Shown here: one piece after another, positions 20,877 through 31,730 of the stretch
How the letters are laid out: the number at the start of each line of letters is the position of its first letter
Position numbering within the stretch: the first letter of the stretch is position 1
Assembly: GCF_001194135.2 (NCBI RefSeq)
Contig: NC_068989.1
Span: forward strand, 60,385,164 to 60,418,107
Source: Octopus bimaculoides
Lineage: Eukaryota
DNA length: 32,944 bases
Direction of reading: 5' to 3'
Made by a program: the position numbers and the translations under genes
The notes under the pieces: generated by a model
What the model saw: only the letters and a program-made list of their open reading frames with translations
Told to the model about the DNA's origin: nothing
Databases searched by the model: none

Positions 20877-21665
20877 GTTCGGACACTATAAGGACGTAAC
20901 AATTCCTTCAAGTATTTCAAAATATTGTTGATGATGACAGTAGAAAATCAATGAGGGCAATAGCCAAAGAATACCAGATTTTAAAGTAGGTTCTCAGAAC
21001 TGTGGAGGAGGAAATATTCGATGCTAGTTGTCTGTATTGACGAGAGCTTTAACCCACGTCTGCAGTAGCATAGGAAAACCATTTGATCTTTGCCAAACGG
21101 TTTCTTAACAGCCTTAAGAGCCTTTACAAACATGGCACGCATTCGTTCTTCTTCAGAAATAAACATTTGAACCAAAACCAATACATGTGCTCAGAGTATT
21201 GCACACTAAGTTTCAATTAGCTGCGAATAGTGAGTAACGAAGGTCATTATGCCACCTCATATCTTTCCACAACGTTTGGGATTTAATGCTGCCAGATACA
21301 TTGAGATGCTATAGACTATTAAGCCCTAAATTCGTGAAGTGTGTAGTGGAAGGCCATGCGTGTTTCACTGAGCTTCAACATTATTTCACAAAGCCAAAGA
21401 ATATATGTCAAACAATCATTTCGATCATGTAACATCAAATCTGTATTTTCTGAAAACGCCAGATTTAAATCCCACGGATTATTACGTTTAAAGCTTTGTT
21501 AAAAGTGGGGCTAATCAAGAACCTCAAAATACCATAATTTCACTTAAGTTCGCCATTGGCCAGGGGATCTCTGATATGGTTAAGGAATATTTAGTGCTGG
21601 CATGTTAACGATTCCAGTCCTGCATTGGAGAAGTCATCGAAGCTGAAGCTAGATTCATAGAATAG
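20877..21665 (+). pseudogene. Decayed Tc1/mariner-superfamily transposase, maT (DD37D)-like
   Basis: N-terminal part reads [29 protein letters not shown] and ENHLIFAKRFLNSLK. A single frame then gives MPPHIFPQRLGFNAARYIEML*TIKP*IREVCSGRPCVFH*AST...TPDLNPTDYYV*...C*RFQSCIGEVIEAEARFIE*. These match the maT-type MPPHFF, GRPYVFQQDSAP, SPDLNPLDY and FRSRIEAVIEAEG motifs. TIRs were not recognised. Confidence 0.85.
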
Positions 21666-22201
21666 TCTTATAAAAACCTTTATCCAGAATATGTGCACAA
21701 ATTGTTTTAGAAACGTATTTAGTTAATGCTAGATTAGTGTGTTTTTTTTTATAAAATAACCAAAGAGTCCCTCAAATATCTCTCGCCTCCTACGTATATA
21801 GGTGTGTGTGTGTGTGTGTGTGTTTGTGTATTCATATAAAAAAAAGGGAAGCTGCACGTATAACACATAACTTAGAAGCAGCGCTACAGATGTACCAACA
21901 CACACGATATTGAGACATAGCCGATCACACGCACTTCTCATGAGGAATTCCAAGAGGAGCTTCGTGAGACCACTACTGAGACGCTTCCGAAAAAAGAAAA
22001 GTCGTTGGAAAACAGATTTTAGCAGCGACTCCATCTAAGAATATCTGAAGAAGGAATTGTATTCCGAAATATCATCGGACTATAGATAGCTAAATTAGGA
22101 CAGGTATATAGTTAATTTTTTGTATTATAGTGCATTGTTGTACCATTTAAAACTTTTTATTCTTTACAAACAATACACAATGCCTCAAGTGAATTACAAT
22201 A

Positions 22202-22235
<34 letters not shown>

Positions 22236-22873
22236 NNNNNNNNNNNNNNNNNNNNNNNNNNNNNNNNNNNNNNNNNNNNNNNNNNNNNNNNNNNNNNNNN
22301 NNNNNNNNNNNNNNNNNNNNNNNNNNNNNNNNNNNNNNNNNNNNNNNNNNNNNNNNNNNNNNNNNNNNNNNNNNNNNNNNNNNNNNNNNNNNNNNNNNNN
22401 NNNNNNNNNNNNNNNNNNNNNNNNNNNNNNNNNNNNNNNNNNNNNNNNNNNNNNNNNNNNNNNNNNNNNNNNNNNNNNNNNNNNNNNNNNNNNNNNNNNN
22501 NNNNNNNNNNNNNNNNNNNNNNNNNNNNNNNNNNNNNNNNNNNNNNNNNNNNNNNNNNNNNNNNNNNNNNNNNNNNNNNNNNNNNNNNNNNNNNNNNNNN
22601 NNNNNNNNNNNNNNNNNNNNNNNNNNNNNNNNNNNNNNNNNNNNNNNNNNNNNNNNNNNNNNNNNNNNNNNNNNNNNNNNNNNNNNNNNNNNNNNNNNNN
22701 NNNNNNNNNNNNNNNNNNNNNNNNNNNNNNNNNNNNNNNNNNNNNNNNNNNNNNNNNNNNNNNNNNNNNNNNNNNNNNNNNNNNNNNNNNNNNNNNNNNN
22801 NNNNNNNNNNNNNNNNNNNNNNNNNNNNNNNNNNNNNNNNNNNNNNNNNNNNNNNNNNNNNNNNNNNNNNNNN
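22236..22873. other. Assembly gap flanked by (TA)n
   Basis: Run of N. Confidence 1.
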
Positions 22874-22882
22874 TATATATAC

Positions 22883-22918
<36 letters not shown>

Positions 22919-23928
22919 ACATACATAAATATATGCAGATGTATGTGAACTGTTATCCATGCATGTATAATCAGGATCAACAATACAGTTTAGTAGATAT
23001 TTAATAAAATAGTTATAAAAATTGTGCCAGCGATATGGCCTTATCTTTAAGGAACCAACATGTGCTGATTGAAGGAAAAAGCAATTTGTAAGCTTTCCGC
23101 CGATATTCAGAGCATTTTGTGTTAAACGGAATCGAGGAGAAAGTGACAAAACGAATTATCGTTTTCCTATAAGCCAAAATGATGAATTATGTTTCAGCGG
23201 AAGCTGCATTTTTTCGATATATGACTTGTCTAGAAGTGCACAATATTGCAATAACACTGTTACCAATAGAATTATTTACATATATATGCAGTTAAATATT
23301 GAAATTTATCGAATAAAACAATCTATATTAGTAGATTGTATTATTTTTCCTCTGCAGATATTATGTATGTAATTGCTATCACAGAACTTTAAAATGTAAA
23401 TTTAACTCAATAAAGCTATTCGAATGTGTGTGTAGTTATACATTTGAATATAATATAGATCAACAGAGCGTATAGTGGTAGATGCTAATACAAGTATTTA
23501 AAAGAGAACTTTAAAATATAAACCATTGCCAGTTATTTTTACAATGGAAATTGTTAAGCAAACTCTTTGATTATTTGTTTTTCGGTCAATCATAATTTTC
23601 TCTCTTCGCTTAATGGGGGGAAAACGCTAAATCATTTTGTCTTTTTTAAGAGACTCACGTTGATAATTTATATCATAAAGCAATAATTCTGTTAAGCTAA
23701 GTGTAATATTGAAAGTACATCATTAAAAATCTAGCACATCAGAGTGGGCGTGGAGAACTTCTAGAGTTTCCATTTGTGACTTTATAGATCAGAAGGGCAG
23801 ACAATTCCGCATATTAATGGGAAACTCTTTAAATATAATATTTCTTGACACCGCTAAGAAACATACATACATACAATATACATACGGATATATGTGTGTA
23901 TATGTATATATGTATATATGTATATGTA

Positions 23929-24002
<74 letters not shown>
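23929..24002. repeat. (ATCT)n microsatellite
   Basis: Direct reading. Confidence 0.95.
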
Positions 24003-24003
<1 letters not shown>

Positions 24004-24040
24004 ACAAGAATAAGGGCAGGGAATCGTCAATTAATAATAG

Positions 24041-24540
24041 AATTAATAATTAACAATTTTGCCAAGTAGTTCAGTATGAAAAAACCTTTATCGGTAAAAC
24101 CATTTATCATCATAAATATACAGGGATTAGCATTGAGTTGCTTCTCCAACATACTGAAAATTTAGAAGTAGCAGTCAAAGAACTACTGATTCTAAACTAC
24201 AAATTTTTCTCTAAACGGATGGCGATATTTATGGCACANNNNNNNNNNNNNNNNNNNNNNNNNNNNNNNNNNNNNNNNNNNNNNNNNNNNNNNNNNNNNN
24301 NNNNNNNNNNNNNNNNNNNNNNNNNNNNNNNNNNNATATATATATATATAATTCTTACTGATATAGAGTAAAAATTAATAATTAGTAATTTTACCAAGTA
24401 GTTCGGTGTGTTAAAAAACCATTATCGGTAAACTTCTACAAAAGTTATTGAATTATAAACATAATTAAAATTGGGGTATTAGAGTTCAGCAAAAATTGCT
24501 TCACCACACACCGAAATTAGGAATAGCAGTTAAAACTACT
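24041..24540 (+). repeat. Diverged tandem duplication (~150-170 bp unit) spanning the gap at 24239-24335
   Basis: 24041-24098 aligns with 24373-24432, and 24121-24187 with 24482-24540. Confidence 0.75.
24239..24335. other. Assembly gap
   Basis: Run of N. Confidence 1.
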
Positions 24541-24562
24541 ATTTCACTACCATAATATATCT

Positions 24563-24771
24563 CCCAGACAGTAGCACTCACAACTCACACAGGCAAAAAG
24601 AAAAATAACGAATCTACCCGGCTTTGATTAATTGTATATGCGTTTCAGGATCAAAGAGGTGTAAATTGTATTAGCTGATCTCATTTCCATCTTCAGTAGA
24701 GAATTCCAAACAATATTCCCAGACAGTAACATTCGCAACTCACACAGGCAAAAAGAAAAAATAACGAATCT
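24563..24771 (+). repeat. 53/54-bp direct repeat pair (24563-24615 and 24718-24771)
   Basis: The units CCCAGACAGTAGCACTCACAACTCACACAGGCAAAAAGAAAAATAACGAATCT and its copy differ by 3 substitutions and one extra A. Confidence 0.9.
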
Positions 24772-26965
24772 TGCGAGAGGATGAGTGAGAGATGTAAATA
24801 GAACTGAAGTACAGGGCTGTAAAACAACTGACTGAGGGTAGATATTTTGTTACAATTATTTGATATAAATGTAAAGAGATTTCCCTTGAAATATGCACTT
24901 ATTATACCTGTAAATATAACAGATCCAAAGAGCTCGTAGTTTCTAATCCGAAGTAATTAATAACTAAACTGTTTATAAATGAAAATATTATTTTTCATCA
25001 GTAGCAGCCAATTATCTTTTAATTAACATTAGAATTAAAATTCTAAATAGAATTTAAAATTTTCAAAAATTGAAGTATATCAAGCAAGAGATCGTCATGA
25101 CTGTAGAATATAAAGTAGGAGTGGCAATACATACATTCAGGAAGGACGCGAGATGGGAGTTGTGTCACGTGACTAACAGAGTAGACGACATCAGTATTGT
25201 TACCATGTTGTATGTATAAAGTTTTTCAAATACTGTTTAATGCAAAAAAAAAAGAAAGCAGCGAAATCTTGCACGGTAAATAATTTAGACATATTTTAGA
25301 AATGTTTTATTTTTCCTTTTCTGTATCATTGTATTACAGTAACAGATATTTACTCTAGATAGCTCCTCCTAGTCGTCGTCGTCGTCGTCGTCCTCCTCCT
25401 CCTCCTGCTTATCATCATCAACATACCATCGTTCATATGCATGAATACACATTTACACATTCTGAACAAGTGTATATTGTTCTCGACTTTTGGTCGATAT
25501 AGTGAGTGAAATGAACACATATGTATACAAAGCGAATGTACAACTAAAGATTTCCAATAATTATTTCCTAGAATAATAAACTGAAAATCACTGAAAACCA
25601 GCATGGGAGAGAATGTGACGACAAAAGAATGGCCAAGTTCAAGCGAAGTAACTGCGCAAGAGCTGCAGGTGCTTAACTCAAGAAGGTTTCTCTTGCAAGA
25701 AAATGAATATCAGCGAGAAACAAGGAAAAGAAAAGAATATTTTTAAAACAACATTAGGAAGAAACTGAGTGCATCGCAAGGAAAATTGTTGGAAGAGACG
25801 GATAAAAAACAGAATTGCGCACAGAAGAAAAAGTTCATAGCAAGAGAAATAGAAGAAAGGGGAAAGATACAAAGAGAGAAATTAGCAAAGAAAAGAACCA
25901 GAGGAAACTAATGTGAATAAATCAGGAATATATGAAAACAAAATAATATTTGCTGCAAGATGGTAAAATCTCTCAGAAGATGAAATCAAGGAATTGAGAC
26001 GTACAGAAATAGAGGATTTCATACAGAAGTGATTATAAAACTGTTATATCGTGTCGAGGAAATAGTGTTGAAAATAGGTGTAAAATTAGTGCAAGATGCG
26101 TATCTTTGGCAGTGAATAACTTAATGTAGAATGAAGCTTAGATTCAATTTCATAATTATGGATCAATGTTTGGTATCTCTCAGTTCTCCCCATTTGATTA
26201 AATATTTATCACTAGGAGAATGACAACATCAGATGAGCAAAAAGCACCAGCATCTACCATTAAGCATTTTGAAATAAACGATAGAAGAAAAAAATATAGG
26301 GAAATTGACAGAGAGGATTGCTAATAGCAGAACTATTAGAAGAAAAAACATGAAGTAAATAAACTTCAAATAAATAAGCACCAGTCACTTAAAGTTGGAA
26401 AACTGGAAACTGGCCCCAATTTTATAGTTCAGGAAGATTCATTTTATACCAGGAAGATTCATGGATGGTTAATATGGAAGTAGGTTTAAGTTTTTTACAT
26501 CAGCAGAACTTCCTTGAATATGTATCGGAGTTTAAAGAACCCAGGAATATACATCCTTAAAGCTTCAAAGGGTATGTTAAATTGTATTCAGCTTTTAACG
26601 TTGTATAAAATGTTGTTCCAAATAGATATAATGCTTGCCTTTTCACAGTTCTTCGTCACTCTATCATCGTAACTCTACTTTGTATTGGCATGGTTGAAGG
26701 AAATCATTTAAAATTATTTCATAAAATGTAAAATGTATGTCAAAACATATAAAGCATTAAGAGTGTTCGAGCGTAAGTTAGAACAGAAAGGTATTTCAGA
26801 AAATAGGATCTAACCTATCGTAAATAAGGTATTTAGAAAGGATAGAAAATCAGACACAATGCGACACAACTTACCAGAAGTTAAAGGACTAGTTATGAGA
26901 TATACGAATATAGGTGACCACTATTCGAAGGATATATCCCCGCGTCTCTTCGCAATGACTTTACG

Positions 26966-27002
<37 letters not shown>

Positions 27003-27097
27003 CATATATGTATGCACACACACGTATGCACGTACGTACACACACAAGAAATCTTTCAAAGGTAAAATTTGAAAGATTAAAAACAACAGTATATAAA

Positions 27098-27282
27098 TGT
27101 TATGGGGATAATAGAAATAGTGATAGAACTGTCCTACGTGATAGGCGTTATAAATACTGTCCATCAGTGTCAGGAGAGAGTACCAATTTGGCAGTTATAG
27201 ATAGTCGTGGTCTTACTTGTCTAACTAACTATACTGCTAAATCGGAGTGGACTTTGTAACGGTCCGACAGACGATTGCAACA
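27098..27282 (+). repeat. 5' LTR (185 bp) of a Mag-type Gypsy element
   Basis: TGTT...AACA termini, internal TATAAATA, and a PBS one base downstream. Confidence 0.75.
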
Positions 27283-27283
27283 C

Positions 27284-27295
27284 TGGCGACTAGGA
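27284..27295 (+). promoter_or_regulatory. Primer-binding site complementary to tRNA-Ser(GCT)
   Basis: TGGCGACTAGGA vs TGGCGACGAGGA expected (11/12 match). Confidence 0.7.
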
Positions 27296-27372
27296 ATTAA
27301 CAAACTTACAAGCAGTTACGAAACTCACAAAAGTTCTTGTGCGAAGTTTATAGTACACAAAATTGTAAACTC

Positions 27373-27570
27373 ATGGAAAAATTGCTAGCTGGCTTGCTCG
27401 ACTTAGAAAAAACAGCAACAACAACAACTGAAAGAACCACAACACCAGCAGCTACAACTGCAAGAACGACGGCAGAAGTAACAACAACAACAATTACTAT
27501 TACAACAAATTCTGCAATTAATGAAGATGAAGTCGTCTAAAAATGCTGAAAAGCTGTTCTCACCAGGTTA
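27373..27570 (+). pseudogene. gag: Gln-rich Gag N-terminus of the Mag-type element, broken
   Basis: ATG at 27373 gives MEKLLAGLLDL; after a frameshift it reads QQQQQLKEPQHQQLQLQERRQK*QQQQLLLQQILQLMKMKSSKNAEKLFSP. Its position after LTR and PBS fits gag. Confidence 0.55.
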
Positions 27571-28345
27571 TTTTAGTTGGTTAATGTATAACCTTTTTCG
27601 TCCTTTTACCAAGTATAGCACAGCGAACGATTTACAAAACTTTTTAAACACAAAAGACTCTAATTGTGTTCCATTGTCAGGCACTATCGCGTATGGCATA
27701 CCAAATCTCGCAAACAGTTCATTTAGAAAATTTGTCGCAGTTGAGGAGGCTGGCTTTTTACACTTACAAATTTCTGGCCGTTTAGCACTAAGTAATATGA
27801 ACCGTTTTAGGGACCAGCGAAATCGATCTGTAGTCTCGACCACGGAACATTTACTTTTGGTCAGGGTTTATCTTTTATCGTCCATAACTTTGCCACTAGA
27901 GCACATCCTCTACTGCCATGTTTTGTCAGTACACGCAGCTACGCATTAAAGATTTTATCCTCGAAATTCTAGGCTGTCCAACAGCAAATCCTCTCAATAT
28001 TTTCTTTTGCAATGTTTCAGATATTACTACTCTCTGTGCATGCATCAGTATGCCATCAAAAATTGAGTATGGGTTCACGTCTTGCACCAATCCTGTTCCT
28101 ACTTACTTTTCCTGACTACAGTAATCTTTTCATTTCTGGTATGATTTTTTTCCTTTGCCGTATTTCGTTTAATGTCTTCTAGGGTTACCATTAATTCGCG
28201 TACCACATTCAACATTATATTTAAAAAAAATTTTCCATCTCCTCTCAATGCTGCGATTAACGTATCTTCGAATGACTCGCAGTGCTTCGGTATCAGTCTG
28301 GACAGACCATCCGTATGCCTGGCAATGTGCTCCATGACTTTGCTG
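27568..28345 (-). pseudogene. pol: Gypsy (Mag-type) pol remnant: RNaseH end, integrase Zn finger, rve core and C-terminus, with deletions
   Basis: Reads HTDGLSRLIP..EDTLIAAL (RNaseH end), YSIFDGILMHAQRVVISETLQKKILRGFAVGQPRISRIKSLMRSCVY*QNM (HHCC region), FLNELFARFGMPYAIVPDNGTQL..FVFKKFCKSF (DDE core) and KRLYINQLK. Confidence 0.9.
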
Positions 28346-29479
28346 ACATAGGAAGTTAGATAGACAGGTCTATAAATCTTAGCGTCAGCTCTGTTACCTC
28401 CCTTATGAAATTAATGTGCATGTGGCCAGGACCGGATTCAAACTATGAGTGTCCCGGGGCACTTCAAGTTCGGTGGACCCCTTATACACAAGAAATAAAA
28501 TCTTAGAAAATTACCGAATTTAAATTTCAAAACCCATCTATTTCATGTAATTGAATTTGACGAGTTAGAGAAAGTTTAAACAAATGACTGAAAATTTCGC
28601 TTTATAGATACACTTTTCAAATTTAAAAGTTCGTTTTTCGTAATGATTTCAAACAAGTAGGGAGAGAATAAAAAGAATTTAAAAATTGTTCACTTAAACC
28701 AACTTACCAATTTTGCCTCATTTCTATAAAGTAATTCCAAAGAATGACTAAAAATATAGGAAAACATACAAAAGTACAAAGGTTCGATTTATTGAAAAAC
28801 ATTTGAATATATATTCAGTAATTCTAAAGCCGAAAAAGAATGGTTTTAGGTGTTTAAAGATGTATTTTTATAACTAAATCTAAATTAAAAATTAAAATTT
28901 TGGAAAATATTTCTTTACTTATTTGTTTCATAATATAAGACCAGTTTTCAATGCCTTACTGAAATAAGATTAGAAGTATAAATGTGTGTGCGTGTGTGTG
29001 TGTGTGTGTGTATGTGTCTGTAAGTGTGTGTGCGTGCGTGTGTGTGTGTACCTTTAACTGCAATCAGTCATACCAAGGTGACTGCTCAGTCTTGTATTGA
29101 AAGAAGGAATTTGACCTAGATACAATAACTTTATTCTAACAATTTCTTTATCCTTATATACATCCATACTTACACATGCACACAGCCACATATACACTCA
29201 CGAAAACATACACACATACCTTTTCTCTTCTCTTGTTTTCCTTTTCTCTGTCGTTGTCCCAAAAGCAGCTACAATTTCTTTGAGAACTGTAGCTATTTTG
29301 GGACTGTTTTTAATTGAATTAATTGATGTCTCTAAGGTGGTAAAATCTATGGTTATTTATCTTAAAAGAGAATCCATGACATTTTTTAAGAAGTCAAGAT
29401 ACCTTTTTATATTGAAAGAGAGCCTTTCATGCCTGATTGCTGGGAGGTGGGGGTTCATCCTCTATTGAGTGCTGCATTC

Positions 29480-30017
29480 CCTTCGTCTCCTGACAAATGG
29501 GAGGGCATGGCTGTCGACAGTAGCAGCTGGAGAAGGATTGTGTACGAAGGGACAGCTTCTTTTGAGAAATCTCGAGTTGTGCATGAGAAAGTAAGGAGGG
29601 ATTCAGTAAGTGCATCGCTGTTGCACTTCCAGATGGTAAGGGAATTCCTATGATGCTGACATGCAGTCTCTGTGCAAGACCCTGCCTCAGTAAAGCTGGA
29701 CTCAAGAGTTATCTTCGTAGTCATAAAGCGAGATCGATGATTGACAACCAGGCCGTTGGTGGTGGTGCTTCACACCATACTAATCATATCTGTCAGGCAT
29801 GTGGAAGGGAGTGTAATTCGGTGGGAGAACTTACACGACATGCAAGGGTACATGAAGGCCAGTTACAACTAGAACCGGCTATAGCTGGTAAAGGTTTTAG
29901 CTGCTAATTCTGTACGAGACATTGTAGATCTTTAGCTGGGCTAAAAAGTCACGTTCGATCACAGCACCGTTAACAGTTAATCCTCGTGCAATGGCCATAC
30001 TCGATAACGAGGGGGAA

Positions 30018-30066
<49 letters not shown>
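29480..30066 (+). mobile_element. 5'-truncated RTE-type LINE 3' end with three C2H2 zinc fingers, 3' stem-loop and (AT)n tail
   Basis: SPDKWEGMAVDSSSWRRIVYEGTASFEKSR resembles the RTE C-terminal W..LA.DR..WR motif. Three fingers lie at 29662-29967, with the ORF stop at 29971-29973. A short 3'UTR carries a CTCG-ATAA-CGAG hairpin (30000-30011) and GAAGCCATC, followed by (AT)n at 30024-30066. Confidence 0.8.
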
Positions 30067-30067
<1 letters not shown>

Positions 30068-30132
30068 CTAGAAGTAATCTTAATACACACACATACACAC
30101 ATGTATCAATATTTCTCCACAAAACACATTCG

Positions 30133-30220
30133 TGACCGAGATAGTCAAATGGTCAAGATGTTCGCTTCGCAATCACGAAGGAACAGTTTGAAGACACTAC
30201 GTAGTATCTTAAGAAAATGC
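30133..30220 (+). mobile_element. Highly degraded head of a family A-like SINE
   Basis: GGTCAAGATGTTCGCTTCGCAATCACG..ACACTACGTAGTATCTTAAGAAAATG loosely parallels the SINE head seen at 740-650 on minus. Confidence 0.4.
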
Positions 30221-31262
30221 ATGTTTTCATTTTATTCATGAAAAAGACGTGATCTTCATCATTTCTATTAATTTCGCAATGCGTGAATATTTATAGCTAA
30301 AGTAATCTGTAGTGTAAATTCACTCTGACATAAACAATCACTGGCAACTCTTCTAAACTGCATGCAAACTTTTCTTTATAATACTAAAAATAATTTAATA
30401 TATTGACCGCTCTGAAAATCGAGACATTGCTCTTATGCTTGAAACAACAAATGCATACTTTCATACATACATTTTTACGCATATAGACGTGAGTCTGATG
30501 TGAGAAGTGTCTTACATATAAATATAGATATTCTTATATATATCACTATATATCACTAAAGAAAGATTAAGTGAGAAAATAAATTGATAAGCTGAGTGAT
30601 TGATTGAATGATTGATTGATCGACATAAAGTCTTCAAATATTCAATTTTTTTAATACTATCCAGAAACTAGAATTTCAAATTTTCGAAAGCTGCTCTTAT
30701 CAAAACTTATTTTAAAAATAGATATTTCATTTTAATGTTCTCTGTCCGTCCAAACTGGGGTAGCTGTTACTATGGTGATCATAGATTTGATTTTATTTCT
30801 TCGTATTCAATTTTATCTAATGCAGAAAGAAATCAAGAAATCTAATAAATTCTATTAAAGATGAAAGAAACATTTTAATAGGCTTATGGAATGCTTAAAT
30901 GTAACTGAAAAATAAAAGCAAATATCGTTATATGAAGAGAGAGAAATAAAGTAGTTTACCAGTTTCAAGGATCATATTATCATATAAAGAGAAAACTGGT
31001 TTCACCTACGTTTCGATCAGTGAGATATTTCCGTTGACATATTCCATGTATCTGCGATGCTACATTGTAACTATTTATTCTGCTGTTGACGATATTTAGA
31101 TGAAATTTTCTGTGGGAGAATTTTATGCGAAGTGGATTAAGAAACATAATTATAATTAAAAGAAAAACTTCCTGATAATATTTCGCTTTTGTACTGACAG
31201 AAGAAAAGCAGTTGCGTGGTGAAAGACTTATTTTAATAATTTAATATTTTCGTTTATTCCTT

Positions 31263-31482
31263 AATAATCTTTTCTACTAAAGGCACAAGGTCTGAAATTT
31301 GGCGGGAGGAGACTTGTCGATTATATCGAGCCCAGTGTTTCACTGGTACTTAATTTTTCGACCGCGAAAGAATGAAAGGCAAAGTCGACCTCAGCGCAGT
31401 CTGAAATCAGAGTGTAGCGACGGGCGAAATACCGCTAAGCATTCTATCCAGCGTGCTAACGATTCAGTCAGCTCCGCTCCTT
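31263..31482 (-). mobile_element. tRNA-derived SINE (family B), near full length
   Basis: Minus strand reads AAGGAGCGGAGCTGACTGAATCGTTAGCACGCTGG...GAGGTCGACTTTGCCTTTCATTCTTTCGCGGTCGAAAAATTAAGTACCAGTG...CCTTGTGCCTTTAGTAGAAAAGATTATT. It is colinear with 6086-6305. Confidence 0.85.
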
Positions 31483-31619
31483 CGTGTATTTCTTAATAAT
31501 GTTCCTGGGTCAGGAACATTAATACCATATATTGGTTATCCAAAAAGGAAAACAAAAGTATTCTACAACTACAACCACTACCACCGCCACGATAGCTACT
31601 ACTACTGCAAACAACGGTC

Positions 31620-31623
31620 CCTG

Positions 31624-31673
<50 letters not shown>

Positions 31674-31683
31674 GCTACTACTG

Positions 31684-31729
<46 letters not shown>

Positions 31730-31730
31730 A
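31620..31730. repeat. (CTA)n microsatellite
   Basis: Direct reading. Confidence 0.95.

Noticed and set aside
21850-22085. Segment with weak LINE-like peptide (EEFQEELRETTTETLPKKEK)
   Set aside because: Too short and no diagnostic motif.
22120-23149. Four long ORFs (242-314 aa)
   Set aside because: Artefacts of the 638-N gap and flanking (TA)n.
23358-23364. 7-nt micro-exon candidate (TTTTTCCTCTGCAG|ATATTAT|GTATGT)
   Set aside because: Good acceptor, but not frame-symmetric and cannot be linked convincingly to the other candidates without expression data.
28425-28490. CAGGACCGGATT...GGACCCC resembling the end of a non-autonomous DNA transposon
   Set aside because: No partner inverted terminus seen in the window.
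31005-31045. GATCGAAACGTA on minus as a third hammerhead
   Set aside because: The CUGANGA core and stem II cannot be reconstructed.
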